Shown here: positions 47,919 to 60,331 of the stretch, piece by piece | How the letters are laid out: each line of letters starts with the position of its first letter | Position numbering within the stretch: the first letter of the stretch is position 1 | DNA from: Gracilinanus agilis | Lineage: Eukaryota | NCBI RefSeq assembly: GCF_016433145.1 | Contig: NC_058131.1 | Location: 386,818,770 to 386,882,769, forward strand | Length of the DNA: 64,000 bases | Direction: 5' to 3' | Translations under genes and position numbers: made by a program | The notes under the pieces: generated by a model | What the model saw: only the letters and a program-made list of their open reading frames with translations | Told to the model about the DNA's origin: nothing | The model's database searches: none

Positions 47919-48436
47919 CTACAACTTTGGTTCTTTAGAGAATCATTAAGGTAACTAATAAGAGTAACAACTTACACTGACAACGTTCACATTCTTTACA
48001 TCTATTATCTAATGCAATTCTTACAATGCAATCCTGTCCAAAAATGGCACTGCTTTGGGAGTGAATGCATCCCCTAATTTCCTGGAAGTCTTTTAGCAGA
48101 GGCTTAATGATCTCTTGCTGGGCATGTTGAGAGGAGAGTCGTGCTTCAGGCATGCCTTGGATTTGACACTCTGAAGTCTCTTCCAACATCAATATTCCAT
48201 GCAGAAGGAACTTCTGTCCAGGTAGAGGTCATATGAGATCCTCACTGAAGTCTCATTCTATGACTTAGAGCTTTGGGACTATGGGGAGGTCACCTAATTC
48301 TTTGAGCCTTTTTTCATAAAATGAGGACAGGAATGATTATACCCTATTTTCTGGGGTTATTTTGGGGAAGTTCTTTATAAGCCATGAGATGCTATAGAAA
48401 TGAAGACCTGTGGCTCTTTTTCTGCTCCATTGCCAG

Positions 48437-48593
48437 ATTCAACCAGTGCTACGGAGTGCTGGGGGTACTTGATCACCTGCATGGGACTGATACCACATTC
48501 AAGCAAACGAAGGCCTATGAAAGACACGTGCTGCTACTGAGCCTTACTCCTCTCTCTGAGAGCATCCCTGACCCACCCAAGAAGATAGAGTGA
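48437..48593 (+). CDS. FAXDC2: FAXDC2 last coding exon (FNQCYGVLGVLDHLHGTDTTFKQTKAYERHVLLLSLTPLSESIPDPPKKIE*)
   Basis: tgccag|A ... TGA at 48591-48593; 157 nt. The eight exons total 1002 nt = 333 aa + stop with no frameshift. Confidence 0.96.
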
Positions 48594-49009
48594 GATGGCA
48601 CGGGCCGCTCACCCTCATCCCCACTGCTCCTGGCAGGGGGCCAGCCCCATTAGACCTAGGATGTCTCCCTTGATGAACCAGAGCTGATAATTCTGCCAAA
48701 TGACTTTCTAATGAGACAGGTAGATTCTCCGATGACTGGCCAATTGTGACGGGGGTGGGAGGGAAGAAACATGACTTGTTAGAAAAGAAGCAAGAGAAAA
48801 GAGCTGGAGACAGTACCAAGCTCCCAATCCTCTTCTGAGTGAACATCCTCCATCAGCCACAACATGGTGGGGTGGGGGATGTAAGCTACTATCATGTAAG
48901 AGGAGTACTAGAGCCTGGATAGCAAGAAGGCCAGGTGTCAGGCTCTCAACCCTAAGGATGGGGTTTGGACAGAACATTTATAGATGAATAGGAAAGTAGA
49001 TTGTTAGAG

Positions 49010-49310
49010 GACTATAGGCCATGCTAGATTAAGACTGGTTGGAGGAAATAGGGATGTTGAGTCCTGAGGAGAGGCAGCTTGAGAAAAGAGGTCATAATTG
49101 TATTTTAAGGGTTGTCATATGGAAGAGTGATTAGATTTGTTGTGCTAGAATTAGAAGCAATGGATGGAAGTTGCAAAGCGGCAGATTCAGACTTAATATA
49201 AGGAAAAGTTTCCTAACATTTGGAGCTCTCCCAAAATGGAATGAGCTGCTTTAGAAGCTAGTGAGTTCCCCAGGTCTGAAGTCTTCAAGTGTAGGCTGGA
49301 TAACTCCCTG
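49010..49310 (+). mobile_element. L3/CR1 3' remnant in the FAXDC2 3'UTR region
   Basis: gaagttgcaaagcggcagattcagacttaatataaggaaaagtttcctaac...gtcttcaagtgtaggctggat. Confidence 0.65.
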
Positions 49311-49880
49311 GGGAGCAACATCTGCTCAAATATGGCCTGGATGCCTTTTTGTTCCCATCAGATTCTTTAGGAAATCTTGTTTATCTCATAGTCTCCAGCA
49401 AGACTGAAAGCTTATTGTAAGGTTACTCTTAGCTGCCAGAAACTGCCATGGGAAGCCTTTGCAGTGGTATGATAGAAGACAGGAGGTGGGAGAGAAGAAA
49501 TGGAGGGGAATGAGATGGCCACTATGCTTTCTTGTTCTCCAGGTTCTAAGTCAGGGAAGTGGCTTATATTATCCCAGCTGACCTGAATAGACAGGTATAT
49601 GAGATTTAGAGAACAAACTTTGGTCGAACCCCCATATTTTACTGAAGAAACTGAGGCCCAGAGAGAATTATTTGCCCAAGGTAACAGAGTTTAAGTAGAG
49701 AGCTAGTACACCAAGGTTGGACACTAAGAGATCAGGTTCCTGTCAAAGATGGTCCAACTTTTTCCCAATCTACTGGCAAAGATATTTTCTCCAGAGAACA
49801 AGGCCTCTAGCTCAGCTCCTGAGCAACTCTCAAAACTCTGATCTAAATGTATTCATAACCTAAGACAGCAAAGAAGCCAG

Positions 49881-50654
49881 AATAAACACCCGCGCCAAAG
49901 CCCTGGCTATCCAGCTGAATAAGAGTTCCAAAGGTGGTCTGATCATAATAACCTGATGTGATACTTTTAAGGGGATAGTATCCAAAGAGTTTAGTCCTTG
50001 GGGCCAGGGCCCTAGATGCTTTGTTCTCAATTTCCTCTCAGTTCCTGGAGGCAGATTTCACTGAGCACCTAGGACAGGAAGCAAGCAGCTGAAATTCTAA
50101 CTAGAAATTCCTATCCCATTCCCACCCCACATACAGACCCAAAAGAAACCAAAAAAAGGGCCCAGCCCCAGAACATCCTGCAGTCCTTTATCTGGTTCCA
50201 TAGCAAGGTGAACCTTTAGAATGGCAAGATTGAGTCAGAAGGGCCCTTAGAGATTATTTAGCTCAATTTTCTCATTTTACAGATAAGGAAACAGACCCAG
50301 AAAAAAACAGCTTGTCCAAGGTCACAAGAAGGGTAATTTGCAGAGCTGGTATATGAACCCAGGTTCTCTAACTCCAAATCCAGGGATCGTTCCGCTGTTA
50401 CAAATTTTAAAGTTCATTCTCAAATGAATCTCAAAGTTCATTCCCTTTTCTACCTTCCCACTCTCCAGAACATGATACACCTTGTGCTTATCATGGCCAG
50501 AGAAGATTCTCTTCAGCTATCTCCCAAGGATCCCTTCCAAGATTATCTCAAAGTACCCCAGCCAAAAGCTGGGTCACTTGCATTTAGTCTCAGAGTACGA
50601 CTCTGAGCTTGAGGCCACTGTTGGTGTCCCCTGTAATCCATGTCTGCAAATAAA
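49881..50654 (+). terminator. FAXDC2: Candidate FAXDC2 poly(A) signals AATAAA at 49881-49886 and 50649-50654
   Basis: First plus-strand AATAAA hexamers I found downstream of the stop codon; which one is used cannot be told from sequence. Confidence 0.4.
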
Positions 50655-51377
50655 AAAAACAAAACTCCAACAAAACTTCAGAAGTACTGTCAATACATTT
50701 CAACAATTTAACCAACATTTATTCAGCTCCTGTGTGCATGAAAAGTTCACATTTATATAGTTAGTGCATTAAATGTTACAAAGTGCCTTCCTCACAACAA
50801 ATCTGTGAGTTGGGGTGCAATTACTATCCCTATTTTGTAAATGAAAAAACAGGCTCAAAGGTAAAAAGCAACTTGCCAAGGGTCATAAAATGTTTAGTCG
50901 TAAGGCCAGCATTTTCCCTTTTTTAATTACACCAGCCCTGATCCTCAAAATACATAAGAGTGGTGATGGTTGAGGTGTAAGGGAAAGGGAATATATAGGG
51001 GTAGGTGCATAGAACTGAATTTCCAGATTTCTCAGGCAAACCTCAAGACCTTAGTGAAAAAAGGGGAAAAGATACTATTGACTCCTTTCTTTACCCTCCC
51101 ACTGCTGCCCTTCCCCTAGAACTGTGTCAGCAGGTGCTGGAGCAGCACAGAGGGCTGCTCTGCTCTGCTCTCCCTCTCCACCTGGCCTGAGGACATTTTT
51201 TTGCATGCCCTACCTCTCAGTCCAGCTGCCCAATTCAAACACTTCCTCCTTCCGCTATCTGAGGCAATGCTGGAGAGTTCACAGGCAGCTTTAAGGTTCA
51301 GTTTAAAAATTTGATCTCTAAAAGGTTCAACTACGCTGGTCTAGAAGATCTTGGAGTGGTATTAACTCCCTTTAAAA

Positions 51378-51572
51378 CAGTGGTTCCCAAACTTTTTTGG
51401 CCTACCGCCCCCTTTCCAGAAAAAAATATTACTTAACCCCCTGGAAATTAATTAAAAAAATTTTTTTAATAGCAATTAATAGGAAAGATAAATGCACCTG
51501 TGGCCATCACCACCTCCCTGGATCGCTGCAGCACCCATCAAGGGACGGTAGTGCCCACTTTGGGAATCACTG
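51378..51572 (-). mobile_element. hAT-type MITE copy 3, 8-bp TSD ctttaaaa / ctttaaag
   Basis: TIRs and body match copies 1 and 2; 8-bp TSD is diagnostic of hAT. Confidence 0.92.
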
Positions 51573-52479
51573 CTTTAAAGGAAGGTGCTAGCAACTCAAG
51601 CCCACATAGGTTTTGGTTTATAGCGCTCACTTCTGTCACTCCACCATGTGCTCAGGAGACTATTGAAAACAAGAGGGGGAAAAAAAGCCAGAAATATCCC
51701 CTAGCCCACTTTTGCTTTATCTTTTGCCCTTTCCACTCTAGTCCCCACCACTTTATCCTTCATTATCAAGATCACAGACCTGCTTAAACCCATACATTTA
51801 GGAAGTGGCAGAAGTGGGACTCAGATCCAGATCTCCAGACTCCAAATCCGATTGTTTCCCCAATATGCCACATTAATCTTTCCAACATTACACACTCAAA
51901 TACTTTCTGAATGAATGAATTTTAATTACCATATTAATCCTACCACTGGTTATGCTCCTCATTCCCAAAACCTGTCTTGTGTAAAACTACAATGATACTT
52001 AATATCACAGTGATATGGGTAAAAATCTCATTTCTTTCAATTATGCTTCCAAAGTATTGTCAATATAATTTTTTAAAAATTTAGTTCACATAAGGGCTTG
52101 AGTACCACAGTTGGGAGTTGCCATTGTTCATGCTTAAAACCAATGTTCAGATGTCATAAAATATTCACCCTACCTTTTAGTTGCCTGGGGAGCCATACTA
52201 AGAGATAAACTGAGGAAGATCAGGAGTTGCCAGAACCAGATAAAAATGAGGTTGGGAAATAAGTTTAACAAAATAAATATAAAAGAACAGATAATATTAA
52301 TATGTGGTCTTCTTAAGTCAATACAGACTAGCAGGGATCTTGTACAGGTTAATCCCACTCACCCACCACCCACCCCTCTATTTGAGTCTGACACCACTGA
52401 TGTAGACTCTAAAGGACAAACTGTGGTCTTATCAACAGATTGGGTGGCTCTCTTCTTTCTTTTCTGATCATTGGCAGGT

Positions 52480-53700
52480 ATCTATTCCAAACCCTAACCA
52501 TAGGGATCTCCTCTCCATCTTCTCCTAAAATGGTCTTTTAGCTTCTCTTTGAGAATTTCAAGGGACGAGCAGCTCACTGCCTTTCAGGAGTCTGTGCAAC
52601 TTTTGAACAACTGTAGTGGTTAGGCAGTTAATTCCTTATACCAAGTTGAAATCAGTTATCTAACTCTCACCTGTTGTTCCTAGTTTTACTCTACTGACTC
52701 AAGTAAAATGAGTTCAATCTCCATTCTTTGCAATGTGAACATAAGTCATCAGGCAACTCTTTATTCAAGCTAAACAACCCCAGTTCATTCAACCACCATC
52801 ATCCTGGGTCCCTATCACTGCCTTTCCCCAATATATGGCACTCAGAACTGAATACAATAATACTCCAATCCCCTAGGACTCGGGTCTTTTTCTTTTCCAT
52901 ATACAACTCAAAAAGCGTAAAGAGAGGCACTGAAGTAAGTGGCACGGAGAGGGCCGTTTCAAAAATAATACCATCCCTGCCCTTAAGGAGCTTACATGCT
53001 ACTAGAGAGAATTGGAACTGTTTTTTGACTGCCCACCAAGCTGATTTTTTTTTTTATAGTTACATCAAAATATCAGATTTTGCCTTCTGGTCTAACTTGT
53101 CGAGAGTTCTCTGGATCCTTGTCATCCAACATTGTTGATATCTTCCAATCATTCACATCTGACACTATACCTTTACTCATGTCATTGATAAAATAACACA
53201 GATACACCAAGAAGAGATCCCTTGTCTTGAAAAAAAAAAAAAACCAAACCAAACCAACCAAACCTATTGACTCTCTTTGGGTCTGATTATCCAACTAGTT
53301 ATTAACTCATATAACTATACCATCACCTTGTTCAACTTTTCCCATCTTTTACACAAGGATGAGGCGATATTGGATCCTCTGGCTTAATCTCTTCCCTGAC
53401 CATAGCTAAGGCTGCCAGTAACACCAGGGAGATCACTGATCAATTGGTCAACAGGTAGGAAGGTCAGATGGAATGTCTTAATATCTTAAAAGCTCCTGAA
53501 TTCCTGCCATAAGGCTATCACTGGGGTCTTTGAAAAGCCAACAGGTTCATGTTATTAAAAAAGGATATCCCTTCCAGCTACACCAACTAATCCAACAGAT
53601 TACAGTACTAATCATGAATACCTTTCCCAGGGCCAATATTATTAGCCACACTGACCCTCATGGCACAGGGATAACTAAGGCACAAGCAGGTCTAACATTC
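52480..53700 (-). mobile_element. L3/CR1 remnants between the FAXDC2 and LARP1 3' ends
   Basis: Degenerate CR1 antisense motifs; boundaries approximate. Confidence 0.45.
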
Positions 53701-54019
53701 CTGAATGTTACTTGCAAGATCTCCATAACTCCCTCAAGAGCTGGAGTTCAGGACCCGGTGGGAGAGTAGCAGAAATAAGGGGAGAAATGCTATTCTCCCA
53801 CCCCTTCCCTGCCCATGTGAACATCTAATGTGGCCTTATGATGGATACATCAACACTTCCCCCACTCCTCTGTTGCCGAGTGCCTCGACCTGCCTGCAAA
53901 GAATTATCTTTTAACTCAACTTTCCTAGCCCCTAACCTGAGGTTAGGCTTAACCCTGTCCCTCTGTTACCTCCAATCCAATCCCAGTTCCCATTATGGGG
54001 TGGGAGAAAGCAGCCACCA

Positions 54020-55103
54020 TGATGGTCTTTTAAAATTTTTATTTTTATACATTTTTTTTGTATTAAAAAGGAAAAAGCATAATTACCACAAATTACAAAG
54101 GACTAAAGCGTTACTAGAATAATGAATGAATCACATCAGCCTGGAAAGCAGATACTCTGAATAATATTAATGTTATAATACAAGCTCATTCAAGTATCTT
54201 ACATTTTTTTTTGTCCTTTTAAATGTGATGTTCTAGCACATGGTAAGATTATGTCCTATCAGGGAAAGGTGGGTCCTTTACAGCAAAGCTGGACGTTTTC
54301 CTCTCTGGTGGGGAAACAGGCTATAAGTTTTGCCTTTACTATCAACATGGCTGAAGAGGGATGCAGTTTTATTTTATTTTTTTGGGAGAAGCCAAGTGAC
54401 CCCCTTCTGACCTGGGACAATGATGGATTCCAATATGGGAGGAGCCAGACAATCAAGAGCTCTCAGTTCGAGTTTTGGGGAAGTTATACATGTGTGGCTC
54501 AGTCATCAGCCCCCACTTGTCCCCTCTACCCCTGTATCCTTGGCCCCAGGTGGGCTGGCTTCCTCCTTTTCCTCTGAGCAGCCAGGGCTTTTTCCTGTTG
54601 TGAAAGCAAAATTTCAAGGAAGGTTAAAGTATAATGTAATGAAACAGAAATTTCCCAACAGGGCTCAGCACCAATCCATGTCTGAGTCACAGTTGCCCAG
54701 GCTGGGGACAGGGTGATAGCTGAATTGGTAGTGCATCTTCTCCAAAACACAAACCAGGAGGGAAGCTTAGCAGTTGCCAAACAAGGGTAGAGGACGGGAG
54801 TGGACAAGAGGCACTACTGAGAGGCTAATGCCAAAGTTCTTACTGGAACAAGCCAACCTAGGGAAAGTAGGTAAAAGCATCCAGGACATGGAACAATATT
54901 TTTGGGGTTGGGGTGGGAGGGCCTGTGGAGGAAAACGAAGAACTGCTTTGTGACTCAGGTCTTGGGGTCTTTGAGGGGAGATGGAAGGGCAGGCCTGGAG
55001 GTCCTAGCCCCTCCCTGGCGTGCTTGTCACAGATAAATCGGTCCTAGATTCAAGTGTCTTCAGAAAGTGAAGATGTAAACTACTCTTTGAAACATTTACC
55101 CCA

Positions 55104-55136
<33 letters not shown>

Positions 55137-58100
55137 TCCCCCCCCCCCCCACCTGTGAGCTGAGATGTAGTGCTGGCATACCCACCCAGAGAACATTCTT
55201 TTTGGGAGTTTTCCTTGGAAGTGAGAGTCAGGGAGACTGAAGAGGGCAGTCTCACAAGACAATTGTAAGCCCCGGGGCAGAATGCAGAGAACTGGGGCTT
55301 GAGCCAAGTACAGATTCTGGGGGTCACAGAATGATCCCAGCAGGAAGCCTGGGAATCCAGCCACTGTAGGATGGTGGAAGTGGGAAGCTATCCTGCCTCT
55401 AGCTCATCCTGATGCTCTTTGCTTTCCAACCCCAAGTATGGCAGAGGACTGAGCTTTGAGGTTACTGTGGCATTAGAGATACAGTACCAGGGCTGATCAA
55501 TCTGAAGGGAGGGATAAATAGAAGTGAAGGGAAATGCCCATTGAGTCCACTGCCAGGGCAAGCACCAGACCAGGGCAAAGGGGCCTCAGAAACCCTTGTC
55601 CCGGTGAAGGCAAGGCAAGCTCGCCACCACTGCCAACTGTCGCCTCAGTTGTGATTGGGCCACCAGAGGGCTGGAAGAGCTTATAGACCAGCTCCTGGGC
55701 CACACATAACAGAAAGGACAAAAATCTAAGATGCTTTTTGGATGAGGAAGCAGCTAAAAACAAAATTAAGGGCAGGGTACTATTGTAGGCCCCTTCAGCA
55801 GATAAGCTAGTTCCAGCCCAACAATGGCCCATACTACCTCCAATGGTTTCCCACCCTCCAAATAACTGATTCGGAACAAGAAAGGAAGACCAAACTTTTG
55901 AGCCTGGGAAAGAAGTGGGGTGGGGAATGGCAACTTAACAGTAAGTCTGAAAATGCTGAAGACATTCGTTTCCCTTTGTGTCTGCCTCTCCCCTGCCCCT
56001 CTCCAATTACGGAAGGAGGGCCTGACTGCTCCCCACCAAATGCCTTTGCTTGTGATGGTGGGAAGCTGCTTCTCTCATTCCCTTAGTTCCATCATCATCC
56101 AGAGGCCTGACAAATGGTTAGCAGCTACATGGCTGCTAGAGCATCAGGTCCACAGAAAGCTTTCACCACATGGCTGGGATGGCCTGTCCTGGGAGATTCC
56201 CCCCCAGTTGACTTCTACAATGCCATCCCTCTCACCCCCAGAAATATAGCCATATTATACCTGGGGAATGGGGTAACCAAGGGCCAAGTAGATGTGGAGT
56301 TAAGGAACTAGGGAGAGGATGAAAGGCAGGGGTCAAATACAAATGTACCATGAGAAACACAGAAGAAGAAATCTCTTGGCCTCTGAGGGAAGCCAAAGCC
56401 TACTTCCATAGCTCCAGACTTCAATAGACTAGACTAGACTAATTCTAGGAGGCAGGAGCAAACAGGGACAAGAAGAAAACTGTCTTCAATGGCCCTATGG
56501 CCAGTTCAATTTGCCCCTCTAGCCACCCCAACATCCCAGGAAAAGATGCTCTACTCTCTGCCTCCCCAGAGGAAGCACATGGAGTTCAGAAGGCAGGAGC
56601 TGATGCAAGACTAGAGCTTATCAATTCCCCAGCATGCATGATGCCACTTTCCCTGATTGAAATTGAGAAGATGGTTTGGGAGGGAGAAGGGTGTCACACT
56701 GTGGGGTCCACATCTCCTCTCTCAATTGATATTCAGGACCCTGGGGGAGGTACATGGAGGAAAGGGGGAGGTGAGGAAGAGGAGGAGATGGTGAAACAAC
56801 AGCACAGTACATACACAGAATGTCAGCTTCAAACTACACCGGCAGGGATAGGGGGTGCCCCCTCCACAGCTGTGGCTTTCCTCTCTGGCCACAGGGGGTG
56901 GGGATGGGGGAAGAAGGGTGCTGTGCAGATGGTATCTCAGTCCCAAGGAAGATTTCCAGCCCGATGAAACTCAGTTACGTCCAGCCAGCCAAGGGCCAGA
57001 GCGAAAAACTCCTGATGTCAAGTCAGTTTTAGTCTGTGTGATCCCAGGCCAGGTTTCTGACTCCATAGAGGAAAACAGGCATGTGTGTATCAAATCCCCA
57101 CTCCACAATAAGGCAACTTTTTTTTTTTTAAATATCATTTTTAAGGACAAAAGAACAAAGGGCAAGAAGTCGCTTTTTGTGGCTTGGGGTTGGGGTGGTT
57201 TTTTTTTTTTTGGTCTTTTGTGGTAAGTTTTGTCCTTTTTTTGTCATTTTTCAAGGGACAGAAAAGTAAAATAAAAATAAAATAAATCATCTTTTAACAG
57301 GGTCTCTTCTTCAGTGAGCAGCGTCTCTCCGGGCTTGGGGAGGGGGGCTAGGGACTGGAAAGTGTGTGAGAGAGGGGGAGGGCCCTGCCTTCCTCCCCAA
57401 CCAGCCACTCGATGGGCCAGCCCCAGGCTGGATCCTTTGGTTTCCTCCTCCAAGTTCTTCAGATCCAAAGGGCAAGGCAGGGATGGGAGGTTTGGGGAGG
57501 AGGGTGGGGGAGGATTAAGAATGGTGGTGAAGGCCACCAGATGAAGGTGTAGCTCATTCTCCTAGGAGCCAGGCAGGTTTAGGGCTCCAGAACGGGAGCA
57601 GTCTCAGCTTGACTGGGAGAGTGGCAGTTTCCACAGGATAACGCCAGCCTGGGGGTGGGTAGGTGGATGGCACTCTAGGGCTCTGTGCAGGCTGCATAGT
57701 AGAATTGATGGGGTAGAAGAGAGGAAAAAGTCTCTGGGATTAGGTAGAAGGGGCCATGGGCTGCCAGCTGTGGGGCTGAAGAGTGATTTTGGTAATATGG
57801 ACGAAATTCTGTCAATAATTTAAAACGACATATATGTGTATGTGTGTATATCTGCTTCTCGTATAGATATACACACAGACTCATATACACACACACACAC
57901 GTATATATATATCTATATATATATATATCTATATCTCTCTCAAACTCTCCCCTTCCCACCCCAGGCCGAATAAGCTAAGACATGAAGACTTGTAAGGGAA
58001 AGGGAGGGAAAGGGGAGGGATGGGGATGGGAGTCTCCTTTTGATGGGTCATCACAGTGGCCAGAAGCCAGTCTCTTGTTGTCAAGTTGTGTGCACTGTAG

Positions 58101-58188
58101 TGGCCTGTTCTTGGATTTTCCACCTTCATTCCAACCTCTCCATTCTCATGTCCCCTTTCTTCCCCTAGTCCAAGTGGGAAATAGCCCT
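54020..58188 (-). other. LARP1: LARP1 3'UTR (~4.2 kb)
   Basis: Unique sequence after the stop, no recognisable TE, ending in a U/A-rich terminal block with AATAAA. The cleavage site is approximate. Confidence 0.75.
54038..54043 (-). terminator. LARP1: LARP1 distal poly(A) signal AATAAA
   Basis: TTTATT on the + strand, preceded on the mRNA by UGUA motifs and U-rich sequence. Confidence 0.75.
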
Positions 58189-58389
58189 TCACTTTCCCAA
58201 AGTCTGCATGTCTGAGGGCTGGCTTGATATTTTGGCATCTTCCCTTGCAGACTGGCTGGCAGGTGGGATGTGGGCTTGGCTAGGTGCTGTGGCCGGTTTG
58301 CTGGAAGACTGGGACGGATACCGTTTCCTGACTTCTCCTCCTGCCGGCGCTGCGTACCTCTTGTGGCTGCCTTCCTCACCCATGGGGGG
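58189..58389 (-). CDS. LARP1: LARP1 last coding exon (PPMGEEGSHKR...MQTLGK*)
   Basis: Within ORF 58189..58479(-); ctttcag|CCC; TGA at 58191-58189; ends in QTLGK like mammalian LARP1. Confidence 0.94.
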   Translation of the reverse strand, partial: PPMGEEGSHKRYAAPAGGEVRKRYPSQSSSKPATAPSQAHIPPASQSAREDAKISSQPSDMQTLGK

Positions 58390-59888
58390 CTGAAAGAGAA
58401 AGGACACAAGTCCAACATGAGACAAGCATAGAGCCAATCCCCTTTTTCCTTCTTTCCTCACCCGGGACACATGCTTCACAAGGTGGAGATATGCACAGTA
58501 CCAGAGGAAAAAAAAGCACTGGTTCTGGAATCAGAAGAAATGGGTTCAAATCTCATAATGGAAAATGTTATTACCTGTGAGACCTTGGGCAAGTCATAAG
58601 AGGATTTGGAGTAGATGGCTTTTGCAATCCCTTCTAGCTCCAAGATCCTATGAGAAGTCATGCCCTGATTTGGTAGAGAAAGTCCTGGATTTGGTGTTAA
58701 ATCCCAGGACTAATCACTTAGGTGCATGCCTGTGGCCAAGTTCCTTAACCTCTCCAAGTCTATTTTTTATGTATTTATTATAGGGTTTAGAGTAGGTGGT
58801 ATCAAAGGTCTCTCTAAGTTCTCTATCCATTTTTCTATGAATCCTAAATTCAGACTCTACTTTCATTTTCTGGATGCCCCTGAGTGAAGCTATTTAAACC
58901 CTGAGCCTCAGTTCTACACCATCTATAAAACAGGAATAATTAATAACAGCTTCATTTTTGCCTTTATTACAGGGATGTTATAAATAACAACTGAGATTAC
59001 GATGAACCCAGTAACCCTATGAGAAATGTCAATCTACAGCCAACTCTCTTTCCTTGGGATCTTGCAGGTTCCACACTCATTCAAGTTTAATAATTATTAA
59101 AGTCCTATAGCTGGCAGGAAGAAACCAGTGTGTCTCTAGCCAAATGAGGCTGGAAACCCATGAAACTCTTGGGGCTGCAAGCAGAAATACATCTCTCTCA
59201 GCCTACAACTCTGAAAAGTAATTCATTTGTACTTCTCAAAATCTAACTTCTCTCCTCTTTAATTAAGCCACAGGCATCCTGAAAGTACTCTCCTCCTTCC
59301 TGCTTCTATGAACCTAGTCACATACAGAACAGCCATTGATTGATTTTGCTAATAACCTCAAAATGACCAAGAATCTGGGTTCCCTAGATAGACTGAGTTA
59401 CAATAACCAGAACCAACCACTAGGTGTCACTATTGGGACACTTTCCAAGAGGAGATAAAAGGGTTTGGACAGTAGATGTCAAGGCTCAAGAAAAAGGAGA
59501 CCTTAGTAAAACAGAGAATGTTCAAGAGTTGGAAAGAGCCATAGAGATCATACTGCCCAACCTCCAGAAAAGGAGCCAAAGCCCCAGAGAGAAAGAAAGA
59601 AAATGGTTTGTTTCTTCTGCAATGTTTTCCTCTCCTCTGGAAGAGTATGCAGTTCTGTGCACCTTAAAAAAGCATATTGATAAACTGTGCAGTGAAAAGG
59701 GCACTAAATTTCTTGGGTTGGGCTCTGCTACTTACTACCTGTGTAACATTGGACATGTATGTCATGTAACTTTTGGGGATTCTACCCTCAACCTCTAAAA
59801 AGAGAAGCTAGGTCTTCATAGCCTCTAAGAATCCTTTCAGCTTCTGAGGACAAACCCTGGGTAAGCAGAGGTGGCAAGGTTCACTTAC

Positions 59889-60016
59889 ATCCACTCGGAA
59901 ATCTTCTAGACGTCGGAATTTGCCGAGGTATTCTTGAAGTTTGGGGTCAATATCCAAGTTTTTGGCTTTGGAATATTTTAAGAAGGCCCAGAACTTTTCC
60001 AGTCCATACAGCTGCC
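59889..60016 (-). CDS. LARP1: LARP1 DM15 exon (QLYGLEKFWAFLKYSKAKNLDIDPKLQEYLGKFRRLEDFRVD)
   Basis: Within ORF 59808..60119(-); cccacag|GG ... GAT|gtaagt; 128 nt. Confidence 0.96.
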
Positions 60017-60221
60017 CTGTGGGGAAGGAAGACAAAAGGTTCAGAACTGGAAAGGCCTGGAAAACTTGCAGGCTAGATTCCAGGGGAATGGCCATGTGCC
60101 AGCCTGGACTTTTGATCAAGTGGATACAAAAACCTCAGGAAAGCCAAAAGCCTGGGTTCTTCTGTCTCTCTCCCTCCCCCCACCCCCAGTCATTAACTTG
60201 AGTCCAGAATGAGTTCCCTAC

Positions 60222-60331
60222 CCGCTTCATAGTCTTTCACAGTCTCATCCTGGAAATCCTTGAATATATCTGGTCGGAACTTCTTTTCCAGACCATAACT
60301 GTAATATCGAAAAAGGCACTCCAAACCATAC
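60222..60331 (-). CDS. LARP1: LARP1 DM15 exon ([37 protein letters not shown])
   Basis: Hand-translated; ctcatag|G ... G|gtaggg; 110 nt; cap-binding RYYSYGLE motif. Confidence 0.95.

Noticed and set aside
57261-57290. Plus-strand AATAAA cluster
   Set aside because: Wrong strand for LARP1 and ~8.7 kb past the FAXDC2 stop; it is the U-rich element of the LARP1 mRNA.
54251-58215. ORFs of 60-156 aa on both strands (e.g. 56497-56967)
   Set aside because: They lie in or antisense to the GC-richer LARP1 3'UTR; no homology or splice support recognised.
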